A stretch of DNA of 64,000 nt from Octopus sinensis (Eukaryota): positions 48,980,001 through 49,044,000 of the forward strand of contig NC_043004.1 of assembly GCF_006345805.1 (NCBI RefSeq), written 5' to 3'. Shown piece after piece: positions 25,702 to 39,475 of the stretch. Every line of letters starts with the position of its first letter. Position 1 is the first letter of the stretch. The translations under genes and the position numbers were made by a program. The notes under the pieces are model-generated. The model was not told where the DNA came from and made no database searches. It saw nothing but the letters and a program-made list of their open reading frames with translations.

Positions 25702-25767
<66 letters not shown>

Positions 25768-26154
25768 AAGTAACGCAATATAAAAACAAAACAAAAAGTA
25801 AAAATTCAAATGTCACTAATTGTGACTGAGGATGCAGGGCAGCACCTACATACGTATATACATACATACCTACATACATGAATTATTATATGTGTGCGTG
25901 CGTGTGTATGCGTGCTTGTGTGCGCGCGTGCATATGTGTGTATGTATATGTGTGCGCGCACGCGCGCGAGAGAGAGTGTATGTTACATGTGTGTGCGTGT
26001 TTGTATGTATCAATGTGCGTATGCATATGATAGAGATTTGTGCATTTTCCGTCTAATAATTTCCATTCAGAAGGTAGAGATGAAGCCGAAGCTAGAGTAC
26101 AAGAAACTTGATGAAAGGTACCATGCAAGGGGATTGAACTCGGTTTCATGTTCT

Positions 26155-26340
26155 TGCTGGTGAGAAGTTCCTGGCTTTAAGGGTATCGTGAAAGGCTTGG
26201 TTGGAGGGTCAACCTTTCGAGTTCTTTCACAGGGCCGTAGCAGTAAGTGTGTGAATCTGAGAGGGGAATATTTTAAATAAAATCATAATTAACTGATCCT
26301 CCTGTATTTTACCTAAAGCCAAGAATTTTTCTGTACCCAC
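26155..26340 (+). mobile_element. mariner-derived MITE
   Basis: Imperfect TIRs gagaagttcctggcttta / taaagccaagaattttct; internal KCVNLRGEYFK* like the mariner transposase C-terminus. Confidence 0.65.
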
Positions 26341-26584
26341 TCACACACACACAGACATATATCAGTCTCCGTCTCCCAAATTTCACTCACAAGTCAAAAG
26401 CCAACCCAACACAATGGTTGTTACAGAAATAGGATGAACGAATGTCATCTGTCATTATTCGCCTCAGATTTGACCAACTTTTGTTCTGAAAGTTTTTCTT
26501 CTTTCTCTACGGCAAGATTAACTTGAAGCGGTTTTAAATATTAGATTTCTCTCATTCAGATCTTTTAGAAAAGTTTAATTATAT

Positions 26585-26800
26585 TGGTTTCAAATTTTGG
26601 CACAAGGCCAGCAATTTGGGGGAGAGGGATTAAGTCGATTATATTGACACCAGTGTTCAACTGGTACTTATTTTATCGCCTCCAAAAAGATGAAAGGCAA
26701 AGTTGACCTCGGTATAATTTGAACTCAGAACGTAAAGACAGACGCAATGCCGCTAAGCCTTTTGCTTGGTATGTTAACGGTTCTGCCAGCTCACTGCCAT
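26585..26800 (-). mobile_element. SINE family B, diverged
   Basis: Family motifs. Confidence 0.8.
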
Positions 26801-28951
26801 GAAAAAGCTTAATTATATTAAATCATATTTTAAAATAACGAAGGTATGCCAATTTAAACACGATATCAGGCATTCATTTTTTTTTTTGAGATCTAACCAC
26901 TTTTTGTCCCTCCCTTCAGGGACAAAGATCGAACTTGGGATGATGAGGTTTCCAAGCGAACGTAACGATACTAACATGTCTGAACCAATAAAAAGATATT
27001 GTAGGTTATGCCGAATTTCGAACTTGCGATCTTCTTCGTCTGAGTTATATACGTGATCGTGCATTATTCGTTTAGCTCTTAGAAAGAATCATTTACCTTT
27101 TCTTCAATATCTAATAATTAAAAGGATTCATTTTACTGGTCCCTTAAATGCTTCTGATCGCCACTTTTTAAGCAAAAACTCGCAACAGTCTAAGAGAATA
27201 TTGACTTTCTGAACCCGACATCTATCAATGACAGACGAGTGCTGACTCTTTTACTCTGAAGCTTCTCCTGTCACCGCTGCTCCTCGGAGAACACTGAATC
27301 AAAGTTGTCTGCTTATTTACGAGGACGTCTCCAGGGTTCTTGACAACTAAAATCCGATAAGTGTCCAATAATAAAATAGACTTTGGGAAACTAGAAGTTT
27401 CACTTTGAAGATAAGAAATAAAAAAATGAAAGGGGAAAAAAAAGGAAACAAATGAGCGAGCATAAAGAAAGAGAGGAAGAAAAGACGGTAAGAAGAGAAA
27501 TGTAGTTGGAGAGAAAGAGTCAAAGATATTGAGAAAACATTTGCATGATCGGCAAATGAAATATCGGTATTTAGTAGAAAGCAAAAGTGAAATATTTTAG
27601 AATTTCTCGAGAAGAACGATTTACTGTTATCCTCGCACAAGAACTCTTGACGTCCAAAAGTCGTTCAAAGATCCTTCAGTTATGGGTTAGACCAATACTG
27701 CTCAAAATAGGAAGTACAATCCCTGGTGGTCGTGGTGGGAGCGTTGGAAAATTTCATATGGGTGCTGGGGACAAATGGGGCTGTAGAGGGGGAGGCACAG
27801 ATATAGCTTTTAATCTTTCTGTTACCAACCCGCCTGAAACCGCCCTTGGTACTATGATACAAAGTCAATGTTTTAAAATGATATAATTCAAAATTTCGCA
27901 ATAATCCATATTCCAAACACTAGCTTAATAATGATAAAGTTATTTTACAAAATTCTTCAACATTTTCGAAATTAATTGAAACAAAGTCTGTGTATTTCAA
28001 CAGAAATATGATAACAAAGGGGTTAATTGCTCTGCTTTTCAAACATATCTAAAAAATTTTATTGTGTGCGAATCATCTGTGATATTAGTGGTTAAATATT
28101 GTCTTCACGTTCCAAATAGTCCTTTGATGGAGATCAACCTGTCGGCTGATGAAGTGTTAGTAAAAGGAATTAGGCAATAGTTGAAAAATATTTGAAAATC
28201 AGTGTTGAGCTATGCTTCGCTGAAGAGGTGTATTAAGGCAGAAACGTTTTCGGTATAAATAAATTCCAACGTAAATTCATTCCAAACATCAGACTCACTC
28301 CCCTTGTATACAGCTTAATTTTAGACAATCTAAATTTCGGGGCTCTGTACTCTAACTCTCTCGTCAAGAAATGCCTTTAACACTGATGGCGTGTTTATTA
28401 TCATGACGGGTGTAATTACATTAAAAAATATTTTTGCTCCACTCTGACATATTAACCCGCACTTGATTATATTTTTTCAAGTAGGGGTCACCATTGAGAC
28501 ATTATCCAAAATCACTACTACGGTGTTTCTCAATTTTTGACGGTTCATGTTCGTTCGTGTGTACATCAACATGAACGAACAAAGGTAGCATGTATATATT
28601 TCTATTATCTTTCACTAGTTTCAGTCATTTGACTGCGACCATGCTGCAGCACCACCTTAAAGGGTTTTAGTCGAACATGTCGACTCCAGGACAACTTTTA
28701 AAGCCTCATACTTATTCTATCGGTCTCTTTTGCCGAACCATTAAGTTACGGAGGGTGTAAACACATTAACACCGGTTGTCAAGCGGTGATGGGAGACAAA
28801 CACGAAGACATAGATACACACATAAACACACATACATACATACATACATACATACATACATACATACATACATACATACATACATACATACATACACACA
28901 TATATACATACATGCATACATACATACATACATACATACATACATACATAC

Positions 28952-28987
<36 letters not shown>

Positions 28988-29005
28988 TATATGTATGTAT
29001 GTATG

Positions 29006-29069
<64 letters not shown>

Positions 29070-29076
29070 CGTGTGT

Positions 29077-29455
29077 GGAGGCGCAATGGCCCAGTTAGGG
29101 CAGCGGACTCGCGGTCGTAGGATCGCGGTTTCGATTCCCAGACCGGGCGTTGTGAGTGTTTATTGAGCGAAAAACACCTAAAGCTCCACGAGGCTCCGGC
29201 AGGGATGGTGGTGATCCCTGCTGTACTCTTTCACCACAACTTTCTCTCACTCTTACTTCCTGTTTCTGTTGTACCTGTATTTCAAAGGGCCGGCCTTGTC
29301 ACTCTCTGTGTCACGCTGAATATCCCCGAGAACTACGTTAAGGGTACACGTGTCTGTGGAGTGCTCAGCCACTTACACGTTAATTTCACGAGCAGGCTGT
29401 TCCGTTGATCGGATCAACCGGAACCCTCGTCGTCGTAACCGACGGAGTGCTTCCA
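29077..29455 (+). mobile_element. SINE family C, tail type 2
   Basis: Head ggaggcgcaatggccc..gtttcgattccc; full homology to 52163-52545. Confidence 0.9.
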
Positions 29456-29560
29456 TCCATCCATATATATATATATATATATTCAAAATGTGACCGCGTG
29501 TGTACCGTTGGCGATTTTTTTTCTTCTGTCTTCCCTTCTCTGGATCTTTCCTTCTCCTAA

Positions 29561-29595
29561 GTTTCCGACGAAGAGCTCCGCTCGAAACGTTAAAC
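29561..29595 (+). ncRNA. minimal hammerhead-like motif with U4C core
   Basis: GUUU-CCGACGA-A-GAGC(UCC)GCUC-GAAA-CG-UU-AAAC. Confidence 0.55.
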
Positions 29596-30049
29596 CCTCC
29601 TTCTTTCCTTCTTTCCTGAACGTCCAATAATACTATATTTGTTCTACGTCCTCGCGTTGTTGTGTTTTTCTTGTGCTTTCTTGTTTGGATTAACTATATA
29701 TATATATACATTACTTTGTAGGGTCGTTTGTTTGTGGTCCCACGGAAATCCCTCATTCCTTTGAGATATTTTGCTTTCATCTTGTAAGTTTGTTGCGTTG
29801 TTTTTATAATATTTCTGTGAGTAGGGGTGTTATGCAGGGGATGCGATTAATACGTTTTATGAAGTTCTTGTCTGTGTCTATGGACGAGTAATTGATGATC
29901 TTGGTCTGGATTTCTGTATGTTTTCGGGTTTTTTTTTATTTTTGCAGTGTTTGTTATGTTGGCAGTGTTTCTAGTGTTGGAAATGTTTGCAATTGTGTTG
30001 GTGTAAAACGTGTGGTTGTGTGGTTGTTTGTTGGTTCTTGTGTCTCCGC

Positions 30050-31150
30050 CTCTAACATCTTTGTTTCCAGTCTTCTGCTGCACTTTTCATATTTTTGTAA
30101 TTTTTTCTTTTTTCTTTCACCAAGATCCATTCTTTCGATTTTTCACCAAACTGTTTTCCTCGCGTGACGAATTTTCACAGTCCGAGAAATCTGTGGCAGT
30201 GGAGATATGTATGTCTGCGCAGTCATGCATTTCTAAGCTGGTGGTTTGGTCGACTGGTGTGGGTGAGACTTCTCTCAGTTGCGACGCTTCAGGGGATGTT
30301 ATTGTTTTCCTCTGTTGTGGTACCGGTACTTACTGTTGAAGTTCTTGAATGGATCTCTTCAGCTTTTTCCTTTTGTTGATGCTATTATTGCTCTGGATGC
30401 TGCTGCTCTTGACACTGATACTGTTGATGTTGTTGCTGTTGGTTGTACTGCTCCTGTTGATGTTGCTGTTGTGTTAGAATGTCTGCGGCAGCGGAGTGCT
30501 TTCCTTTGCTTTACATGGAGACGATAGCCTTTAAGTGTTTTGCCTCGCCATAAATGTGGCATCTCGGCCTTCTGCTCTCAACTGATACGAATAGCGTATA
30601 TCATTCAGGAAGTTGATCACATCAGGGATAGCTTCGATACTACTCATCGGCCTGCATCGATAATCCTATTCCCGTGCCTAACCAATTTTCCTCTCCCATT
30701 TTGTGGACTTGGAAAATTATGGTTTTATTCTCTGTGTTGTATAATACGGTTGCCACCAGCAAAGAGATGTCCACTTCTGGTAGTACCTCTTACCATTATT
30801 TTAACAACCCTCCTACCGAGGTATGTCGGAATTAGCCACAATTCTTCAATTTTGAGGGTTGTTATTACACTTTCTTTGGCTTTGTCGTCAGTTGTGAATC
30901 TAGCCCCAACCGTGCTAAAGCGTTTCTCACGGGCGACATAAGTTTTTCTCACACAAATTGCTCTTAGGCATTTTCCGATCTGGGTCTGTGCCTGTATATA
31001 ATAGTTTCGTTCTATTATCTTATTTTATTTCCTCTGCCGTGTTTAGAAATACTATTCTACCATTCTGTGTTAAGTGCGCTTTGGCGTCACTTAATGTTTC
31101 TTTTCTGACTCGTCGACTTCCTGTAGTCGATGACACGCTTATGCGAAACC
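30050..31150 (-). mobile_element. degenerate L1/Tx1-like ORF1 relic
   Basis: KRFSTVGARFTTDDKAKESVITTLKIEELWLIPTYLGRRVVKIMVRG, then decayed knuckle RRPRCHIYGEAKHLKAI and a Q/T-rich stretch; multiple stops. Confidence 0.45.
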
Positions 31151-31714
31151 GTTCACATTTTGTTTAGAAATAAGAACGATCACTGTTTCCATTGTATTGA
31201 TATTTGTTTTGGTGGTAGCAGTGGTAGTGGTGGTGGTGGTGTTGGCGTTGGGGGTGGTGGTCAAGGTCGTACTTGTTTCATTTTAAATTTTACCTTGCTC
31301 GTCATTGCTGCTTCTGTCACTGTTGTTGTTGTTGTTGTTGTTGTTGTTGTCGCTGCTGCTGCTGTTGTTGTCTGTGATGTGTCTCTCGATCACATCAGTT
31401 AGTGGTGGCAGAATAATATCCTAATGGTTCTTCTAGCGGCCATTACCTCCCTCGATTTCGGAAGCCATTTTATTATTTTTACTTTAAAATATTAGATTTT
31501 AAATTCTAAATCTCAAAAGTCGCCCTTTAATGGCAATTTTTTTTAGCAGACCAGCTCGCTGTAAGCAAAGCGAGCTGGCTTATTTAGTAAAGAGTCCAAC
31601 AAAAATTCGAATACTAAATAACAAAACAACATATTTCAAGGAAAAATTACAAGCCACGAACAAGAGTGCTCTCTTTCCAGCCACAAATACATAAATAAAT
31701 AAACAAATAATTAT

Positions 31715-31868
<154 letters not shown>

Positions 31869-32910
31869 ATTAGGGAACTTGGAATTAATCCTGAATTAGA
31901 TGAAGAACCTCAAACCACTGCCATGATAAAGGCAAAACGGATCAAACAGACTACAAAAAAGAACAGACAGAAACAAATTGAGGAGTGTTGGAGCCAGAAG
32001 CCTCTGCATGGACAGTATATGCTTCGAAACCTAAATACTGATGTAGACCGAACAACAACCCATCAATGGCTGAGAAGCTCAGGACTGAAAACAGAGACCG
32101 AAGGTTTTATATTGGTGGCACATGATCAAAGCTTGCTTACCAAAAACTACCAGGCTAACGTTCTTCAAAACGGTTCTGAACCTAAATGAAGATTCTGCGA
32201 TAAATTTGATGAAAGAATAGACATTTCGTCTTGGACTGTCCTGTGCTGACACCAAACGACTGCAAATAAGGTAGGACAGAATTTACATTGGAAAATATGT
32301 AAGCACTACAAAATCAGTACTTCTGCTTATTGGTATGAACATCATTCTGAGCCAGTTGTTGAAGATAAAAATGTCACTATCCTTTGGGATTGTCCAGTCA
32401 ACACCGACCGAACGATCCAGGCTAATAGACCAGACATAGTCATTAAAGAGAGGAAAATACTCGAAGACACTAATAGATGCAAGAGTTCCCACTGATAAAA
32501 ATATATTTGTAAAGGAATTTGACAAATTAAGTAAATATAAGGACGTGGGAATTGAAATACAAAAGATGTGGCATCTTAAAGCGAGAACTGTTCCTGTTAT
32601 TGTGGGTGCCCTAGGTATGATAAGAAAGGGATGTCAGAAACATCTAGATAATATCTCATGAGAACCATGTTTCAGAGAAATCCAAAAGATTGTGCTGACA
32701 AGTATTGCTCCCATCCTTAGAAAAACCCTATTAATTTAAATGTATGTGTTGCATTACATGAAAATATTTCGCTACTGCCGCTACCACTTTCCCTCCCCAA
32801 CTTTTCAGTCATACTGTAGCTTCTCTTATCCTTTACTCGCTAGGTGCGTCTAGGTGAGTGATTGCAACAAACATGCAGATTAAAAGTAATTAACAACAAC
32901 AACAACAATC
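31869..32910 (+). mobile_element. 5'-truncated RLE non-LTR retrotransposon (R4/Dong-like)
   Basis: W.QKPLHGQY, QWLRSSGLKTETEGFILVAHDQSL, decayed CCHC, RPDIVIK...K..KYKD (RLE), VPVIVGALG; stops and frameshifts present. Confidence 0.85.
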
Positions 32911-33249
32911 CTTTCTATTATAGGTACGAGGCCTGAAATTTTGGGGGAGAGGATCTAGTTGGTTTGGCTACTAACATTTCAAAAATTAAAGTTTATCAAA
33001 AATTTTTTAATTTGGCACAATAATATACTTTTCCAAGCTGATTTGCTGGAGTTATTTCACTTTTTCCAGAAACATGTTTATAAAAAGTTATAGAGGTTTA
33101 AATTTAGATCATTTTCACCCACTCAGGAAATAGGATTTAGAAGCTTTCATTTTGTGCGTGACTGCACATTTTGTCATTAACATCCTGAAAATAGCACATG
33201 GAAAACCCCATAAAAACCACGGGTATCTGGTCAACAAGGCAAGAGCCCT

Positions 33250-34497
33250 TTCTCTTTTTATACTTCTTTTTTTTTTACTGGTGTAAGCTCAGAATTGGTC
33301 CATTCATACTGGCCAGTTTTCCGACATTCACCCACCTTTCAACAAATTTGCTAGAAGACAACACTTCCCTCTAATCTCACATTCCTTTTCAAGTGGAACT
33401 CGAAAACGTTGATGCCCCCTCGGCCAAAGAGGAAAGTGTCTGACTTTAGCCCTTTCAAACGAGTCCACCATACCACTTCTTTCGCTACAGCCACCAGACA
33501 AATGAAAATTGCCTTCCTCTCCCAGTTGATATCTAGATCTGTCCTACACGGAACACCAGCTGTTCGACATAAACTCACATACCAGGAATACTCGGGCACT
33601 AGACGAGCGCAGAATGGTTTCGTGGCTCTGAGCACAACTCGGGCTGGTCCGGCTAACAGTACTTCCGTGCCTGTAAAGTTTATCCCGAACGGGTAGCGCC
33701 CCTCGGTTGCACTGCCAGGCGAGGGACTTCTGGAAGTTATCCATAGGCTCCGGCCCGAAAGTTCTCCCAGACTCTCAAAACAGACGCCTAGTGTTTCCCC
33801 GAGAACGTCGTCACACTTTTCCTCCACTAACCCTCTATAGAACGCTAGGGTGGAACTATTACCGATCGCATTGCCCAGCCGGCGGGTGCCAAGCGCCTTT
33901 TCTCGGTCTACGCTTGATCCAAGATTGCAGCTCGGTCAAAGAGACGAGCAGTGGAAATGCGAGTTTGACAAACAGTGACCACACCTGCTCACCGTCCAGG
34001 AAACGCTTGAGATGTCGTAGCCTGAGCGCATGTCTGCGCAACAGCAACCACGACATGCCAGGCCTACCTTCAGAGGCTCTTGAAAGCAGATGGATCGCCT
34101 GACCCGTGGAACCTGTCCTTTCCACTTTCTGTGGAAGGGTAAGCGCACTAGTTTCGTCAACCAGCAATCGGGGCAAGGGACGACGGTCAAGCGGTAATAG
34201 ATGACGGATGCGATGTACGCATTCGCCACCGCGGTTTTTCCTTTCAGGTACAGCTTCCTCTCGGCCCATTTCTGGATGAGATTGGCCACCCTGTTCGTCA
34301 CCTCATCCCAGTTTTTCTGCACTTGGGGGTCAGGACCAAACTAGACCCCGAACAATTTAACTGGACCGTCTGTCCAACGCCCCAGGACGCTGTTGGACGC
34401 ATAGACTTGCCTCTTCAGGTGCCGAGTTGCAAGCCCACTGACCCTTCCGCGTTAATTTTTGCTCCTGTGACCGCTTCATATTCTTGACACGTTTATA
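33250..34497 (-). mobile_element. 5'-truncated L1/Tx1-clade LINE ORF2 3' part
   Basis: YEAVTGAKIN..SVGLQLG, KNWDEVTNRVANLIQKWAERKLYLKGK, LAWQC.RGALPVRDKL; A-rich 3' end at ~33250-33277; frameshifted. Confidence 0.85.
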
Positions 34498-34509
34498 TGC
34501 CCGTGGCTC

Positions 34510-34951
34510 GACAAAACTTACCAGAAACTGAGCAAATATAAAGATCTTGAAATAGAAATCAGCAAAATGTGGAACCCGAAGACTAAAACAATACCTGTTG
34601 TCATAGGTGCCCTGGGAATGATAGCAAAAGGGGCTGGTTTCTACCTCACTCAGATACCAGGAAACCCAAAAATGGCAGAAATTCAAAAGATAGTGCTCAT
34701 GGGAACTCCTCATATCCTACGCAAAATACTTTCTATGTAATCTCAAGTTTTAAAACAAACATAATTTTCGTATGGTTTTTTAGGCATTCACTAGTACAAC
34801 TCTAAGTACAAAACCAAATATATGACACCCTAGGCATAACATCAACACGAACTTCCAACTTGTTGTCTCTTGAGGTCTCTGGGTGAGACTTGGAGCCAGC
34901 TTGTGCGAATGTAAAGCAAAAGTCAAACATAGAATAACAATAATAATAATA
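34510..34951 (+). mobile_element. RLE non-LTR (R4/Dong-like) 3' end
   Basis: QKLSKYKDLEIEISKMWNPKTKTIPVVIGALGMIAKG...EIQKIVLMGTPHILRKILSM*; 3' UTR ends in (AAT)n. Confidence 0.85.
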
Positions 34952-35226
34952 ACCAAAAACCGATTAACTGTATTTTTACTCTGCGTGGTCTAACAAGCGA
35001 TAAAACTAGAACTGGCATTTTGCCATAATAAAACTAAAGGCGCAGTGTTCGGTCACAAGATAGGGTAAGTAAGATAATAAACGAACAGTCGTTCAATGCT
35101 CAGATGTGAACAGTCTCTTTAACTGCATCGAGAGACAAATAAAATCAATAAAAATGAGATTCACTTTGAATTCCTTTTTGCGTTGCTATCATAGTCCGGT
35201 TTCTGTATTATGATTCTTTTATTCTT

Positions 35227-35258
<32 letters not shown>

Positions 35259-36063
35259 AAAAAAGTTTCATTCATTGGACTGCGGCCATGCTGGGGCACT
35301 GCTTTAGAGGATTTTTTTAGCTCAACAAATCGAATCCAGTACTTATTCTATCGTATCTTTTTTCCCGCAGAACCCTTGTCACGGGGATGTAAACAAAGTG
35401 ATGGGGAACAAACAGAAAGACGCGCGCGTACGCAAACACATACACACACACACCTATGTATGTATATGCTTCTGGCCGAAATCAGACCGACCGCCATGTT
35501 GAATCGTTAGCTCCTGCACGCATTTTTTTCTCTCCTTGTTTCTCTCCGTGTTTCTTTTCTGTGTATCTTTCTGTTGAAGAGCGTAGGCTCGAAACGTAAA
35601 AGACTTGTTTTATTTCTATTCCTGAGCGCCATACTAGTACAATTGTTTGTTTGTATTCCACCTGCCTTCGTCTTTTGTTTATTTTCGTAAAGCTTCCCGT
35701 TATATACGCATATATATATATATATATATCGCTATTTTACTCTCTGGTCTAACGACCCGCTATGTTTGTTATCGTTCACTTTCCTTGTATGTCTCCACTG
35801 TCCTGTTTTTGTTCCCAATTTTGACCCTCCATAAATCCAAAATTTTATTTTGGTATTTATGGGACCAACCGTCTTCGAAGACTCATATTGTCGATCAATT
35901 CTCGAAATGACGAGTAGATAGACAGCCGACAACTAATGACGGGTCATTCATTGTGTTACTTGTCCTGTTTTCCATTTTTTTCTCTCGTTGTTTGCATATT
36001 TAACTAGTTTGTTTTCGTATTTCATGTTGTTTGCTGTTGCTGACGTCCTGTACCCTTATATGC

Positions 36064-36181
<118 letters not shown>

Positions 36182-36223
36182 CATATAAATTATACATACA
36201 TACATATATATATTATTTGTATT

Positions 36224-36256
<33 letters not shown>

Positions 36257-36366
36257 CACATACACTCATGTGAAGGCATAGGTGCAAGGCATGGTGGAAA
36301 AATAGTACTCGAATACCAAAGGTAGAGTAATATACCTTTTAGTAAAGCTGCCAAATTATCACAGAA

Positions 36367-36450
36367 CTGTTACTCAGAGTTTCACGCTCCCGTTAGTCGG
36401 AGAGCTGTGATGAAACTGCCCGACGAACGGGAACTTGAAACTCTGAGTAA
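36367..36450. ncRNA. inverted pair of U4C hammerhead-like motifs (family 3), each partly decayed
   Basis: ctcagagtttcacgctcccgttagtcgg ... ccgacgaacgggaacttgaaactctgag. Confidence 0.5.
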
Positions 36451-36451
36451 A

Positions 36452-36553
<102 letters not shown>

Positions 36554-36593
36554 CATACATACATACATACGCACACACACACACACATATATA

Positions 36594-36639
<46 letters not shown>

Positions 36640-39438
36640 TATTTTCTCTAAACCTAAACATTTAATGGTAAATACGTTTTTAATAATCGAGAAATCCCTC
36701 TGTCGAAATGCTGGTTACGACCATGTATTGTGTGTGTTTCTGTTTGCGAATGCGTACACCTGTTCGTTTATATATAAACCCGATTATTTCTTAAGTGGAA
36801 CAGTCCTTTCTTGAAAATGTCAGCATATTATTAGTCTTCCTTTTATTGGAAAGCATCGTAAACCAAGGAGTTATCTCCTCTTCTATTGAGTTTCAGTTCC
36901 TGTTGTTGGGGCGTCGCTAAAAGTTTCGTCTTCAGCGGTAGGCTGTATTTTTTTTTTATATTGTTGCTGATTAACTCCTGATAAACTCTGATCAAGCAGA
37001 CCTTTGACTCTGTTCGTTCCAGCTATGAGTATCGCGTCATTCTTTGTAGATTAGGTATTGGTGAAAAAATAGCAAGGCAATGAAGAAAATGGTCTCGTTT
37101 GGAATCGAGCCTGTGTGTCAGACATATCACCGAAGTGGTTCAACCACGTTAGAGGCACTTCTTTCATAGTACACAAGTAGCAACAGCAATAGTAATGCAG
37201 CACCTGGTCCGCTCTGATCGAGCGTATCTGGTCAATCCTGATCAAAATCATTTCACCATAACGGTACACCTTGACTCTAAAGTATTGATTTCTACGACAA
37301 CTAGAAATATCTTCAGTTACTGCAAGCGGTCTAAACAATCTTTAATGAAGCAGTAAGGTTGATGACCTACTACTGCCATCGAACCTAGCTAGGTGGACTG
37401 GTATTCGAACAGTGTCTAGCTCGAGGATGAGGGGCACAGCTAGATAGACTGGCATTTAGATAATGTTTCTGGGAGCCAATGAAGGCTGAAAAAGAAGCGG
37501 ACAATTTTTCAAGTTTAATAAGACTGAGCAAAAAATTAGGCTGGTTTTAAACTATTAAAAATTGCTCAATAACATTACAAAAGTCATTTTTGTCAGGAGG
37601 GAAGGCAGTGTCCGTGACCCGTTGCAGGGCCTCCTAGACTTCAAACCGAAGATCTGGCCCGAAATTATGCGACAAAGTGGTGCCTGGTAATGTTGCCTGG
37701 TGATGGTGTTAAACAGGGTGATGGATGGAGTCTATCACCCGATGCCAACACCACAGTAAAGAAAGAAGAATTATATGGATACAGATTCTATTTTGCCTTC
37801 TCATTTACAAAGAGAGGGAGCACGGAAAGCTGGCATAATCGGTAAGCTGTCGGAAAAACATACTTAGCAGTAATTCTTCCGGCTCCTTACGTTCTGAGTT
37901 CAAATCTCACTTTAGTAAATTTTGCCTTTCAGAGTCGATTAAATAAAATTCTTGCGAAGTATTCGGATTAATGACATCGGCGAACCTCTTCCATTCATAA
38001 TTACTGGCTATGAACTCATACGAGTAACCGTTGGGCAGCGAGCAAGCAGAAAAATGCTTTGTGGTATTTATTATAGCTCTTTATGTTCTAATTTCAAATG
38101 TCCTCGGGGTGGTTAACTTTGTTTTTCATCGGGGTTGATAAAATAAAATACCAGTCAGAAACTGGGGGTCAACATTGATTCAAAATTATTGGTGATGTGC
38201 CTAAATCAGAGGTCATAAATAACAAGGAGAAGACAAATATATGCGAGGTGGATGTAGTGGTTCTATTTGTCAGTAGAAGAAATTCATCTGTTGTATCTAA
38301 CTTGCACAACTGAAAATCTTTTGTTTCTTGCTGAACAACCTGCACAGATAATTTTTTTTATAGTGATCAAACGTTCGTATTGTACATTAGCTGACTCCCT
38401 TCATCAAATCGGTTTAGTGTGTACAATTGCGCGGTATACCACACGGTAGATGTCGAGGTATTTGCAGAGTAACGTGAGACAAAGTCGCCCGGTCCGCAAA
38501 TCAAAACCACTAGGCCACGCACCTTCTCTAACTCACACGTCTAGTTGCATTTGAACAAGTTAAGTGGAATGATTTAACCAACAACAATACGAGTCAGACT
38601 CAGACTGGGAATTGGAACAAATTCATTATCTTATCTGGGAACTCAGTCAGTGCAAAATGAAGTTGTGTGAGTTACGAAAGGAAAAAAATAAAGAATTTCA
38701 ACTGTTGATCAACGGTTGATATGTTTCTATAGTTACTAGAAAACTTATATTTCTTGGAAGAAGAGGAAACAGAGAAAACAGTGAAAACATTGATGGTTTT
38801 TTATTTCAATTGTAATTTTCTCACGATCGCCTTTCAGGTTGAAATACTTAGTCTCTCCACTGAATAAATCTGCCTGTGTATGTGTGTTGAATGCACACAT
38901 TCACACTTACGCGCGCGTGCGATCGTTTGTTTCTCAGCACTTCACTACTGGAACCGATGATTTAGCATGAGCGCGATCCAATCACTGAAGCATAACGTTT
39001 ATGTAATTTTCAGCATGCAGTCACCGTTTAATCCCAACACGTTTGTTTTCCCTCCCCAATCATTTTTGTCCCTTTCTCTGTCCTTTCTGTAGAAAGAGCG
39101 TAGGTTCGAAACGTCAAAGATTTCTAATTTTCCTGAGCGTCAACCTAATATATACCCTGTTTGTTTTTCACCTACTTTTTCTTTATTTGTACCGTATGCG
39201 CGCGCGCGTGTATGCACGTGTGTGTATGTACGTTGTGTGTGTGTGTGTGAGAGAGAGTGTGTGCGTGCGTGTGTGTGTGAGAGTGTGTGCGTGCGTGTGT
39301 GTGCGAGCATATTTACATGTATTCATATGTAAGTGTTTGTGTGCTGTCTATGTGTTCTTGTTTCTACAATTTTGTTTTCAATTTAAAAAAAGATATTTCG
39401 TGCGTTGATTACGCCTGTGTTTATCTGTGTTTATGTAT

Positions 39439-39475
<37 letters not shown>

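Noticed and set aside
26813-27064. ORF MHDHVYNSDEEDRKFEIRHNLQ... and opposite-strand acceptor at ~26919
   Set aside because: No recognisable homology, no consistent exon chain, short.
28215-28255. CUGAAGA...GAAACGUU hammerhead-like string
   Set aside because: Stems I and II do not pair convincingly.
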